From NCBI GenBank assembly GCA_964304625.1, contig OZ199840.1:944533-1008532 (forward strand): 64,000 bases of DNA. The letters are read 5' to 3'. The DNA is from Kudoa neothunni. Its lineage: Eukaryota > Animalia > Cnidaria. The notes under the pieces were generated by a model that saw nothing but the letters and a program-made list of their open reading frames with translations, searched no databases and was not told the DNA's origin. The translations under genes and the position numbers were made by a program. Below are positions 39,956 through 53,878 of the stretch, one piece after another (the first letter of the stretch is position 1; each line of letters begins with the position of its first letter).

Positions 39956-42253
39956 ATGCAGACGGTCGCTGTAAAATTAAGATCCAGAGATAACGATGAC
40001 CCGCTCCTTTCAGTGAAAGGCGGGTCAGAATGTGAAGAATTTGTTCAAGTGGACAACATAAAAGGTTCTCATATAGGGGGAGAAATCAACCCTGGGGATC
40101 TGATTGTATGTTTCGATGGGAAAATAATTGTGGGATATACTTACACCGACGCATGCAACCTAATCCGGGAGACCAGCATCAAGAAGGATTGCGTCGTTCT
40201 GAAGTTATGGTCGAAAGAACAATGCAATAAAAATCTCCGGGTTTCCTTTATTCCACATTTGGCGAACGCAGTTTTGAGAAAAGTGTCAAAAACGAGGCTC
40301 TTTTCAATTTGTGTTGCTACCGACAAATAAGTAAGTCACTTATTTCAGGATGGTTTGAAGTGATCTTCTAAAAAATTAACAATAGTTTGCAATAACAAAC
40401 AACAATGTGAATTAAATGACCAACTCTACAGATATGTGTCCAATTGCGATCTGACTCTAATCCAAGAAGGCGGTGCTGCCATTTACTTATGCAAAGATAA
40501 CGGAATCTTTTATGGACTGCTTGTTCCTGAACCTGGCTCTGTAATGGATCAAGATTTGGTAATAATAATGAAAGAAAATGAGTAAATAATTTTCATTAAC
40601 TCCCGATACATTGCTGCTCAAAATTATACATTGGTTTCTAATGGATATATTTGTAGGAAGACCATAAGGGAAAGCATCTCGTATATTAGTGACAGCAGTT
40701 ACGTGGATCCTGATTTGTAATATTCTGTAACATAAGGAATGTAATAACTTGTTAATAGAATCAGAGATTTTAAAATTGAGGATTTGGAGTCATTGACCTA
40801 TTGTTCATCCTTAAAGTAATCATATCGTTTAGTTACTAATTGACAGTTAAATATTAACCATTTGATGCATAGTGACCCTAACGACGAGCGTGAAATTGTC
40901 CGTAGAGAAAGAGTTTTGATTACAAAACATCGTATCACACTAAAACCTATAAATAAACGATACGGATTCGAACTGGAACAGAGTGATCAAGATGTTGTTA
41001 TTAGACGAATTTTGGATATAGATAAATGTTTCAGAGCGTGTCTAATGGTGTCCAAAATTGACAGACAATGTGGTGTTGAGAATCTGAATAAAATTCATCT
41101 GAGGGATGTGTTGTATTCAGCGGGACATACCAACGCTCACAATAACACCGCCGAGCAAATACTAAGTTATGTCAAGAAACAGGCCAAACTAGGAAAACCA
41201 GCAAAATTTACATTTATCCGAATACAATTCTATATACAGAAGAAACTTATAACCTGTCGTATGCATAAAGTGAAAATTAAAGTGCGTGTCACCGATGATG
41301 ATGAAGAATACGATTCAACGTATCTTTTACTCGGATAACATTACCAATATTCACAACTCTCTTAGGTCTGTGTCAGATGTCACTGAAAAAACCAGTGAAA
41401 CTGACTGCCCGAAAAATGAATCACGTTTTGATACTCCTATTATAATCTGTTCGATGAAAGACTTATCAAAAAATCAATTTGTTGTTGTCAAACATGTCAA
41501 TTATTGTCCAACCGATAACCAGACTCGCCTACAACCAGGTGACATTATTTACAGTGTCAATGGAATGAAAATGATCAACATGGACGCCGAATCCGTTGAA
41601 AAACACATATGCTGTTGTAAGGACAAAAACGACAGTGTTGAATTAGTAGTTTTAACCAAGATACCTTTGTCTGAATCGTTGTCAACGTTGAAAAGAGGTA
41701 ATTAATGCTCCAAGTAATACATTATTGATTACTCTACCCTCAATTAGATGACCTTAAAAATATTGGAATCACTCAAAATAAATGCATATCACATCCAAAT
41801 ATCAACCAAAGATATTCAACAGTTACTGTTAATATAATAACTAGTGTTAAACTATTTTTAGAGTTCATCTCAATCTAGCAATGAGTTTATATTATCTGTA
41901 ACTGATTTTGTCGTGAAAACTATCCTCTGCAAAAGCGCGCTTGAAATTTATGGTTTTATTATCTCAAAGAACAAACAAAAGCAATGCGTCGTTGATGGAG
42001 TGGTATCAAATAGTATTGCTCAAAAATCTGAAAAAATGAATGTAACTTAATTAGAAATCCTATTTTTGTAATCTCTGGTTAAATTTTGTTTTAACAGAAA
42101 GGAGATATAATACTATCTATCAACAATATCCCCACCAGAGATCTTTCCTTAGATGCACTAAAACACTTGATCGATTGCTCACAAAATTCCCTACACCTAC
42201 AAATCTTCAAAAAGTCCTCGGATACTAGCGAGTGTCCGACTAGCACCATCTAA
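39956..42253 (+). CDS. Divergent MAGI-like multi-PDZ protein, paralogue 2
   Basis: PDZ0 (VKGGSECEEF..PGDLIVCFDG..VGYT), GK relic (DNGIFYG), and PDZ units LRDVLYSAG, LQPGDIIYSVNG, KMN|KGDIILSINN. Stop at 42251-42253. Confidence 0.78.
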
Positions 42254-45200
42254 AGGTTGGATTTTACTTTATCGAATAAAATTTAAAACTAACAGTGATG
42301 TATGCTTAGACTTAGTTTTACATATAATTCTTACAATTATATTAATTTAGTTAAACTACCTTCTCTATTATCAAATCTTCACAACATTCTCTAATCGTTT
42401 CAATTTTAATTTACTACCCTTCACAACGGTCCCTCTACTTCAAACTTCACGAAAAATGTTGAATTCACACTTATTCCTCATCCTTGCGTCCACTTAAATG
42501 TTTAAAGCTATCTCAATATTATTTAATGTTGAGGATATATATTTTCCCAAACTTTAGTTAATTATAAATTATAACTTATATATTAGTTAGTATTATTTGG
42601 AAAAATTGGATTTGTTGTTATTTCTTGCGTTCTGCTATGTTTCCTTTCATTACTTTAACAATTATATGCATCTTTCATCATTATAGGACTTTTATTATAT
42701 TTTTTTCAATAAATGTTACTGCGATATATTTTTTCATTTTAAGTCGTTGAAAGAATTATATTTAAATTATTAAAGGGATTATATTTTATAACCAACTAAT
42801 ATCCCAAATAAATTATCATTATTGTTTTTAAAATTCCAGTAAAAAATAAAAAATAGATAAGTATTAACAAAATGAATTTGTCTATCCGTTAAATGCTGCG
42901 TTTCTTCGAAAATAAGATCAAGTGTTTTTCAAGACAACGTTCAATATACGAACTACTATCTATATCTGATGTAAAATTAAGGTAGGACCGATTTTATATA
43001 CTAGGGAACACGAAATGTGAAATATTTCAACTCCAATGTGCAATTTTATTAGAGCAGTCCTTCCCAATTAAAATTTGACCCTAACCTCCTTGTTATAATA
43101 AAATGAAATCAACGCCACCTCTGCGTAAGATAAGGCGCTATTGAATCAAAAATTCTCAAAAATTATTTTTTTTATGGTCAGATATCACAACCCTTAAGTC
43201 AGGGTTCTACAAATTTTTCTTTTCTTCCACCTCATTTCGTAGGTAATTTACTTAGTTATAAACCCCTCTCCAGAGATTCTAAAAATGACATACCCACAAC
43301 TCGTCGCATTCTACCGCAAATGAGCATCAAACTCTTTAAAAATTGTTTTAGGGTATTTAGCTTGTTATATTTCATATTGAGATTATGATTTCTTACTATT
43401 TTAGGTAATATTTTGCTTTTTTAATGGGAGATCAAAAACACAATCTTATATCATTATAAGAACACAGATAGGAGGGGATAAATTCTTGTATTAAGGTTAT
43501 TTTTATTTAATGACCACAAATCTAATTCAAATAAATATTAGAGATGTGAAAACATTCAAGAAATGGGCGTCTAATCATTTCACTATTGCTAAATACCTTT
43601 TTTTTCAAGAAAAGTGCCACCATAACCACATTGTTACGTTTTATGATATTAAATGGGACTATTATTAACGATATAATTAAAAAGTATGATGTGACTAAAT
43701 AACACTCATCTAGCAGGGCCTACTAAAATGTAACTTAAAATATTTTTATCGACTACACGCATAAAATTCCAGTAAATACCATTTTAAAAAGAAAATATCA
43801 AATTAATACCATAAAACAATGACAAATATTATTCTAAATTTTATCTGGAATCAACATTTTAAAAATATAATTAAAAATTACAATAATTTCAAATTATAAT
43901 GTTATTTTGATATGAAAAATGCTTTTACTATTATTTGTACGCATGTGCGATTAAAAATATTAAAGTATTTTCAAGTTTTCGACGTAAAGAAGTAGAAATA
44001 TGTCTAAAATATCTCACGCATATATTATTCCTAGTATATAATAAAATACAAAATTATACTAATCAAAAAATATCATTTATTAACAGTGTAAAGTCAAAAT
44101 ATATATAAAAAATTGTAGATAGATGTAAATTTACACAGATATTTATGATCGGATTATAGCTCAAAGAAACAATTATATTAGCAGATTTACCCTAATGAAT
44201 CTTTTTTTATCATAATAACACTCAATAGGCCTCCCTAGATGAGTCGCTTGTGTACGATTATAATCATATAATTTTGCACAAATATGGCCACAACGGTAGA
44301 TTTTAAGACTGCATTACAACATATATAGATAATAAAATATTTTGTCGTAAGAATCTTAAAAAGATAATAAGAATATTTTATTCTTATTCTTAATTTTAAT
44401 TAATTTTAAGATAGTGGTCCATAACCTAAGGTTGCCTGAAGAGTTTTTGAAGTGTTCACAGCACAGGGTATGAAACGGCAATCACGGATTATTATAAGTA
44501 TTTTTGTAAATTTGATTCAAATCACGTTTAAAAATAAGAATTATCATTATTAGTAGATTCTTAATTTAAAGTAAACTATCGGTACGTTGTATACATTCCT
44601 GATAACGATTAATATTAGTGATTATTTAAACTTAAGAAAAATAACTTTATTGTATTCGTTAGTTATTTATAAGCCCCAAAGTGTGTCTTCTACATAAATT
44701 AAAAAATTAAATTCCATAACTATAAAACTGGATATTGATTTTAACGTGATAAATGAAAATTGAAAAAAAATGCTAGGGTAGTTGATAATTCATTTTATTA
44801 AATAATTTAGCGTAGAGAAGAAAATTGGGAAACATTATCATGACCCTCCCTCCTTGTACGGAGCCGAAATAATCACAACTTTTCCGATAGGATCACCCAA
44901 ATACTTAAATAGAATAGAAGAAATTGTTTTACATTTTATCTATTAACGTATAGATAAAATTTACACATATATACCTAATTTTTTCACATCAATCTACGTT
45001 GATTTAAAAGTTTAACTGGTCAAAAAACTCATCTTTGACACTAATCAATATCTATTAGTGTATTAAATCCAATAAGATTTATGTATATAATGTATGCCCA
45101 TTTTGCATAAAATCGAAAATGTGCTGTGTGAATCTTCATCTTCATTCTCAGTAGTTCTGTCTATATTATCTTCGAGGGATAAATCATCGATTTCAGATCG

Positions 45201-47239
45201 TTCTAATTCTGAGATATCATCATTTGAAAAAGAATATTCCAAGAGTTTCTCTGCATTATCGCGATAAGTTTTTGTAGGAATGATTAATTTTCTCAGATAT
45301 AAAATTTATCGTAAAATGTAATAGCGGTCGATTTCTTAAATAACGTTTTAAGTCAATTAGTATCAAATGAAATCCAAACGTCGTATTAAATCTATAGATT
45401 TTCGGATTAAATTGACGATATTTCTCTTATATAATGTGCTGGATCACAAACAAATAAATGCGAATGAATATAATATAAAAAATAAAATAGTATGAGTCTA
45501 AAACAGTAGAAGAATACTGCAACAAATTTATGATGTTACAAAAAACCCTGTAAATATTTATTTTAGAGAAATTAATTATACAATTGTTTTTAATAAAATG
45601 AAGCGTTGTAACTTATTAGAGGCAGGTAGGAAATTACGTGTCGAACAGTTGAGTCTTCTTTGAATTGACAACAAAATAGAAAATTCAGGGTATCAAATAA
45701 ACCTCTCACTTTGGAGGGTGAGGGTTAAAGGTCAGAAAATTCAATGGATTTTCTACAACATGTATAGACTTAGACCCCCAACGTAATTATCGACTCCTTA
45801 GAAGCTCTCATTGGCTCAAAGAGGCGATATCGACCACTTTGGGGACTTTTAACCTAGACCCAAAATTCGTACCCCTAGTCTGTACCCCCAATCGGAGAAC
45901 CCTGTTTTAGAATCCCCTCGCGCATGTGTCACCCAAAGATAAACAAATTTAAACAAAATTACTATTTATCTCGTATGTAGAGCATATCTTATCCTAGCAT
46001 CTTACGTTTTTAAGCTAGTTTTATTGTTTAGGATGCCGTTAAAATATTAATCAATCCGAAAATTAATGATTTAATTATTAATTGAAGTGTACTCTCTATA
46101 AGGGTTAATTCAATAATTTGCCTATGGGATGGAAAAATGTTCTTTTTAATTATTAAAAGTTGTTATGACAATTTTTAATAACTAATATTACTTTTGATAA
46201 TTCGCAACAACAAAATCTAACATTAGAAGCCATCTCGTGACGATGTGTGGTCCAAGTGGACCTCATTTAAAATTTTTTTTAACTCCAAAGAAATTATTAA
46301 TTCTGATATTCAAACGCATGCGCAAAACTACAAATTTAATTATTTTAAAATATTTTTTAATTTTGTTATTTCACTCCTTATTCTGACTATTTGATGCAAT
46401 GGTTGGTTAAATGGAAAGTAACTGATGTTAAAATATGCACCATCAGCATAGGGATGGTATGGCACAACCGCCATTAAGTTATGGCTTTGAGAGTTCGAAC
46501 TCTACCATCAACTATTCATTACATTATAAGGGGTGAATTTTTATGATTTCATCTTTAATAAATTTCTGGGAAAGAGTTATTTTCGTTATTTGTTGTGAAG
46601 CGCCTTGAAGATTACTCGGATTAAAACCAACAATTTGAGTTGCGCAATGGCATGAAAATCAATTTTTTAAATTTTTTTAAATCGATATAAAATAAAAACA
46701 TTAAAAAATAAGAAATATACCACCTCATATTTTATTATTTATTTTGTTGTGAAGACAATTATCAAAAAATAAGTTAAAATATACCTGATTAAATATTATC
46801 GAGAACTTGAAGTATTTTTAAACTTTTGAAATTCCTAAAAAATTGAAAATTTCGTTTTATTTCGTTATTTGCAGAAATTTTTGTAAAAATTTTTTTTACA
46901 CGTGCGTATACAGATATTCACATCGTTAACTACTATTTTTAGATTCGAATAATATATAAAGTTGAAGAATTGTATAAATCAATCAGACAATCTATTTTCA
47001 AATGTATATAATAACGATAACAGCAATTTTCACGTTATATTCTATCCCTATAAACATGAAGAGGAGGAACGTGTATACAATCCGGAAACAGCAGTTTATC
47101 CCCCACCTAATCCACATTATGTGAGTTGTGCAAAAAAGACAAACAATTAATATGATATATGTCATCCCATCCAATCCGCCGAATTACACCAAATCCGGAA
47201 CTCAGGCGCCCGCCCCATACACGTTTCCGATGGTCCCCG

Positions 47240-47555
47240 GCGAATTCATTGAGGTGGTAGACCATGCGATGGATGTGGCCGTGTTTGCTGAGGTTGGTGT
47301 AGACCTCCCACTTATCGGATACAATTGTAATAGCTAATAAAAATTATTATAATTCCTTTGTTAAATTGTTACCCCGCTCCTTATTTTGTAATATGTGTGG
47401 TAGCAAGATGGCCCAATTTCTATGCTCCATAATGTTGAGGAACATTTTGGTTGCTCCTCTTTCAATGCCACCGCACATCCACACATCATCGACCGGCCTT
47501 CCTTTGTTTTTCTTCCGATTATCTTTTCGTCTATCTCGACGACCTTACCCTCTCC
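47240..47555 (-). pseudogene. Merlin (IS1595/ISXO2-like) DDE transposase fragment with a 39-nt intron
   Basis: GEGKVVEIDEKIIGRK, then a frameshift, then NKGRPVDDVWMCGGIERG..FL....RN...LLPHI, intron 47334-47372, and TIVSDKWEVYTNL...H..VYH...F. This matches the Merlin consensus VEIDE..GG.ER..SD.W..Y..L..H..VNH. Confidence 0.85.
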
Positions 47556-48979
47556 TGATTTGGTTTAAATTTAAGACATAATTAAAGATATACCATCAAG
47601 TTTTTCATTGTCACGCATAAGAATTTCAGAACATATGTGCTGAAATTCTTTCATTTATTTTGACAAGGTTTTGTTGCACTCTATATTTGTGTCGATAGCT
47701 AATCTCTCATACGAGGCTCTATAGATCCAACCAAAAATAAGTTCTAGAATGACCTACAGGGAGCCAAATTTATTTAAACTCAAAGAATAAATTAATCAAT
47801 TACTCGTATTTTGAGATTCGAGTTTTCAAATATCGAACCTATTCTGATCGATATTTTCTTGCCACAACTTCTGTATAGACCTTTCCATCAATATTTATTA
47901 TTTTTCAAGGAGGAGCCCTTTGATATTGTCATCTTCAGTTTGCATTGTTGACAAAGTTTTCTTCTGTCTGTAATAAGCTTATTATTAAATAGAAATTCGA
48001 AAAGTTTTTTTTTATTTGAGCAAATCTTGTGAAGATGATAGGGTGTCAGAGAATGAGCCATTATTTTTAATATGGGATATTCTCACACAACAATCTCCTT
48101 ATATACGTTTAATTAAAAGTCTTCTAGGGAAGTATCATGTTCTAGAAAAGTTCAAGATTACTTTTAAATCCGCCCACCAATATTTCATGTATTTATATAT
48201 AAAAATTGAAATGATGTTAAATAAGTTTTCGTTTCATGTACCTTTAAAAAATGTTGTTTTTAAAAAGTCAGTGCGTAGAGGACACAGATCAAATGGCACA
48301 CACAATGCAAAACTGCCGAACATGTTCTAACCCAGCGAGTAATACTGGATAAATAAATACCTTACAAAAATTAACTGATTTTTCGGTTAAATTAGACAAA
48401 AAACTCTAATGGCATTTATTTGCCTAAATATATAAAGGTGAATTATGGAAAAGATTAAGTTAGCATATTATGGGTTATATAAATAATAACCTCGACAATG
48501 GTTAATCCACAAAAAAGATCGACTGATGGAACAGAATCATTTAAATCCTTCTATTCGAACATAAATACAATTGCGCCGTGTATATATTAATAACTATTAA
48601 ATAATATCTTCTCATAACCCGTCGTTTTAAACTTTGATGAGGCACCATCATAAATGCGATAAAAATTTTATTTAAATTGTATAATTTTGAATTTTACCTG
48701 TTTATATTCAATGTATAAACTAAAACATAGAATATTTAATTAAAATATAAAAAAATAATTGAAAATTTGCGTGGTAAAGTACAAAAATGAAGGTTATAAG
48801 TACAATTGTCATTTTTTTAATGCCTATGTCGAAAATTTTGTGCTTTTACAACGTGAAATTCAATATTCAATGCCAATCACCCCAGGACGGAGTATCATAC
48901 TAAGGACTACGCTTTACCCGTATTTTTATATATTATGAAGTTGAATTATTACGTTTGAGCCTTTAGTATTTTTTATATA

Positions 48980-49048
48980 CAGTAGATAACCGATTTTTTG
49001 TAAAGTCCTCAGGACCACCAAAAAGTGCGACAAATCGGTTACTTACTG
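48980..49048. mobile_element. 69-bp pogo/Tc1-mariner-type MITE with TA TSD
   Basis: TA-CAGTAGATAACCGATTT ... AAATCGGTTACTTACTG-TA (15/17 TIR match). Confidence 0.8.
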
Positions 49049-50238
49049 TAATTCTTTTATAGTGGAGTATATATAAGATATTAGTGTCGTGCAAAATTGG
49101 AAAATTTTAATATCTATAAGATGATTGAAATATTTCGATTATTACATAGGATCAAATAATTATGCAACCTCAAGTAAGGAGTGAGCTCGATAATCTTGCG
49201 AATATCAAACCATTGTTTGTAGATTTTAATACTGCAAAAAACAGAAAATATAAAAATCTGCATTTAAATCTTTATCCAAATGTTAAACATGTTGAACTCA
49301 AGACTTGATTCTTATATGCTACATTTGTTTGTAGAAGTTTAAGAAAAAAATCGTTATAAAATATTGAAAGTAGTCTCGAAAAAAGATTTAAGATTATTTA
49401 AAACTGAATTTATTTTATTAATTTAAATTATATTATATTAGTCTAAACTATGTCTAGAATATCACAAAAATTCATATTTTTAAAATTTTAATCATCATTT
49501 ACAAAACAGTGGAAAACATTCAATATTATATATTGGAGTCAATTTTTCATTAAAATACAAAGGGAAAAAGTTATTTAGATTATACGATAAATAATGACTT
49601 GAATTTTTGTTGAGGATAGTTTATGTATTATACGAAGCACGGCTTATTTTATTATAATGTAGTTTAGCTCTAATTTTTTTAAAAGTTGAATATTTATGTG
49701 TAATTAAAAAATATATTTCTCTTTTATGATTTTCAGGCATGCTGAGGATTAAAAGATTGGAAACTTGAGTTTCAGAAACAAAGGTAAATATTGGATATTG
49801 AAAAAAATTTATTATATTTATTACAATATGTCCTTAACGTATTAAACAAATTTATTTATGAAAAAAAATCTAACGAGGACGAAATTAGATGAGCCTTTGA
49901 TTGTTCAGTAAACACATAAATTTTAATAAAATAAACTATCACGGAGAATGGATAAATGTTTCTTGTAGAAAACGTGGCTTTAAAAATACACATTTTTCTT
50001 GTAGATATCAAATTTTAGACATTAAATAAATTAATTTAAATAATAAGATTATTTCTAATATAATTAAATCAAATATTATTCTATGTTATATATAAATGAT
50101 TAAAATACCTTATTTAAACTAACTTTAGGACATTTTGGAGAAAGCCGTTTAGCAATAACAAAATAACTAGAGGAAGGCACGTAGAAAATAAATAACAGAA
50201 GATTATCTAAAAATAACTATACAATTTTTCAGAAACCA

Positions 50239-53200
50239 CTATACGTTAGAGAGAAGTTGAACACACACTTGAGCAATATTTTTCACATCGTTGTCAACAT
50301 CAATCATTGACATGGCTAAATATTTAGATTATAGAACACGTAAGTTAACCATTCATGAGTTACTTAAAATATGTTTCAGATGATTGGATTTGATGTTTTG
50401 AAGCAGGGATTTAAGGGACGAGGGTAAAGAGTTTAGTGTATCCAGTACAGTAATGACAGACATCAGTCCCATGTATCGGACCTGACTATAAAGATATAAC
50501 CAAAAAACCAATCACTATAAAAGTACCTATTTTGATGAGAGTAAAAATTCTCACAAGATTGTAGCAACTCCTTGCACAAATCAACACTTATCTAGTTGGG
50601 GAATCACATAAGTGACGAAACGATAAAAAAAAGCGTTACATTTAAGTTCTTAGAACAGCTCACAATAATATTTAATGTTTTGAGTAGTTGGGCTAGCATG
50701 AATGAATCTTCATTAAGTAATCTTAAAGTTTTGATATTTCTATCCAAATCAAATAAGCGTGTAATAATAATCAAAACGATCAATACTTTGCTTTCTCTAC
50801 ATCTATGAGCAAATAAAACAGGGTTTTTAAAGTAGAAAGGCGTTGTTTGATAGTTTTTACGATAAATGAGTTGTTGGTTGATTTGATTTGATTGTATGTC
50901 AACTTATGCGATGACTTATTGATAGAATTAAAACAATAAAATGGTATATTTTGAGGATGTTTATCCAGGTTGGAGGTATTAGGGAGTTTTCTTCCAGAGA
51001 TTTCTTGGATTGCCAACGAAATCGAAGTCAATATATCAACCCTTTGAGTAAGTGAATAATTCTCTTGGTAGAAAAGTGTGGCTGCCAGTCTTGCAACCAC
51101 TTCAGAATCCACTACCATGACCGCAGCCATTGAATTAATTTTATAAGAATTGAATCCAGGTATGTTTAATTCGTCGTTCAGATTCAAAAGTAATTTGTAC
51201 AGTCTCTCAGACAACGATTTAGTTTCGTTGGTGGAACGACGAACGAGTTTCTCTAGACTAGTTATGGCTTTCTCGTGTTTATCTCTATCGTTGGTGTCCA
51301 TTAATGAGTCAACACAATCACGCAAAAACATTATATCTTTGATTGGTTTCTTTGGTAGTTGGTCGTCGATATCATCGTTAATTTTCATGTTATTGATTGG
51401 TTTGTTTAGTATTTCAACAATATTGTTGTTTAGTTGTTGATGTTCGACCATAATTTCATCAAACAAAATGCGGCAAAAACGTTTCAGATTATCAAGTTGA
51501 AGTGACTCAACAAACGAAAACTTGAGCGAAGAGTTGCACTCAATTTTCAACTTTGTCACAACAGTTTCAACAGTGAACAAACCAAGATCACGTTTCAAAG
51601 CGGTGTTATCAGTGGAAAGAAACGCATTAGATATTTTCATTATAAGAGACATCACACTGTGTTTTGACGATGTCTGACGTGTGATTTGGTCGTTATACAA
51701 CCATTTGAATATCGCCAGCAATAATTTACACAGGTAAAGCACATAATCATCGGTGTATTGGAGAATTTTTAAATTGTTCGCCAGCCGATCACAAACCTCC
51801 TCGAAAATATTGTAAAAATGGGCTTGAGTTGCATTCACATTATTGGAATGAAGCAAAAATTTGTACGATACTTCAACCAACGTTCTAATTACATCGTCGT
51901 TCTAAAAATTAAAAAAATTAAATCGAGGACCAATCAATAAAGATAAAATACTTGAAAAAAGGGAGTTTCAAACATAAACTTCCGAAATATAGTGTATTTG
52001 AATGGGCGGTGTTCGTTCAACAAATCAACCTCACCATAGGTGAAGCATTTGAGGATAAGTTGAGAAGGAAACTGATTTAGCATACAACTCAAAACTTTTT
52101 GTTGCAGATGGGAATTTTTGACGTTCAGAATAGTTGTGGAATAGAGTTTCATTTGGAAATAGGAGATAGTGTTGTTGATAGAACTTTTACCTTCACAGTG
52201 AAGTATCATTAAATGTTTGTAATAATCCAAGTTAAATAAATTCTCATGTCGATTGGTTTTGACCAGGCACTCCACAAATAACACCATCGGATACACATTA
52301 ACTTGACAATCGCTATGATTATAGGAGTAATTTTCCAATTGAGCAAAAGCGACAAATAACTCCTCCACTAGCTTCTTGTTATATTCGCATTGGTGAAACG
52401 TCCACCTATTTGCGACAGTCAAAACGGATAATTTAAAAAATCTCATAAATACCATTTACTACTAACCAAAGGCATATTTAAAAACCGATCATTCATTGAA
52501 ACTAGCTTTGAAAATACATTCTTATCAATTTTCACATGCTCATTTATAGTTATCTTTTCGTGAAATCCATCAGATAATTCGTTTTCTAAATTTTCCACAT
52601 CAAATATGTGTATGCTGTAATAATATTAATTAGGAAAAAAATAATTTATCATCATATTTCATGGATAAATGGAATATTTGAATTCGTTGGCTTATTTTTT
52701 TGTTGATCTTATTATCATTTTTTATATATCTTTAACCCATTTTAATTATTTATTTTTAATTAACCATAGTCACATACAAATTTTACTTTTCGACTGAAAA
52801 CAAAGTATAATAGTTATTCATTTTAAAATATTCAAATAAAACCGCTTTATGCCTTTTAATATGAAGAATATTGCAAAATAAGACTTATAGAAATAAATAC
52901 CAGATTAGGCTGGAAAATATTACAGAGAGTAATTGTTAAAAATAAATAAAGAAAGTCACATTATATCGAATTTTAGAAGCCGTTAAATACACGATTTTCT
53001 TCTATTTGCACGACCAAAATATTAATTTACGTCCTCAGGTGCTTAATTTGTTCTATTATTCATATAAAAAAATGATACTCATACAAATAATTTTATTAAT
53101 TTATGTATGAGATAATTAAATTTTTCGCATCTCGTAAACATACGCGGGATTACACAAGGAAACGATTCAGTACGAACCGAAATTTTGTCAAAATTTAAAA

Positions 53201-53823
53201 ACAAATATGGCAATCTGAATGTTTATTCATTGTTTTCATTTTTTTAACAGAATTATCGTGAAAGAATTTTTGAGAAAAAACATGCGCAAACTGGCGTAAT
53301 TTTTGTATTCATGTGCCTTATAATTCCCGGGATAATTATACTGACGCCGTATTATAAAAAACCACATTATACCTGCATGATTAGCAGCCTGGTTGCACAC
53401 TTGGGAAATTGATAAATTGGTGATAATGTTCGAGATCAATCCATCGTCCACCATCCTTCTCAGTAGTGCGGCACAAAGGCTCGTCATGTAACTGCTCCTA
53501 ATCATTTAATTAATAATATTGTTCAAATTAATTATTGTATTATGATCGGATTACTTATATGAAAGTAATTCTAGTAGTGTGAACGAAAAATCGATTCTAT
53601 TTATAAAATTGCGTTGGAATGATATTATGTTGTAGATTGCGTCAACAATATCGACCTTCAATGTCTGCTGTTCATTCTGCTGGCTCCATTCTTTAAAGGA
53701 TTGGTATAATTTTGAGGCAGGATTCGGTGGTAATTGAGTTTTTATCCACCCAAAAATATTTTCTAATTTATTTTTAGTATCGATTGGCTCTGAAGGCCTC
53801 ACATTGAGCCTCAACTCGACCAT
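50239..53823 (-). CDS. TELO2: Telomere length regulation protein TEL2 homolog (multi-exon; 5' exons at 53.1-53.8 kb assigned tentatively)
   Basis: FLRDCVDSL...AITSLEKLVRR...LLNL...GF...FYQENYSLTQRVDIL..I..A.QEIS matches the TEL2 C-terminal domain. A splice acceptor at ~52616 needs upstream exons, which ORFs 53551-53823 and 53236-53505 plausibly supply. Confidence 0.85.
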
Positions 53824-53878
53824 TTCTTTTCCGGGCGCATGCGTCCACTCAAATTTTAGACGACATGAATATTTTTAA

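Noticed and set aside
44980-45730. Acidic minus-strand stretch and GGGTTAA end suggesting another piggyBac N-terminus
   Set aside because: No catalytic motifs or paired TIR; too degraded to call.
43200-45904. CAGGGTTCT...AGAACCCTG as one large hAT element
   Set aside because: The flanking 8-mers differ, so there is no TSD; probably ends of independent relics.
46962-47581. Three short plus-strand ORFs suggesting a Pro-rich gene
   Set aside because: The GC-rich part is explained by the minus-strand Merlin transposase relic.
53236-53823. Separate small orphan gene
   Set aside because: More parsimoniously the 5' exons of TELO2, whose downstream part begins at a splice acceptor. Not proven.
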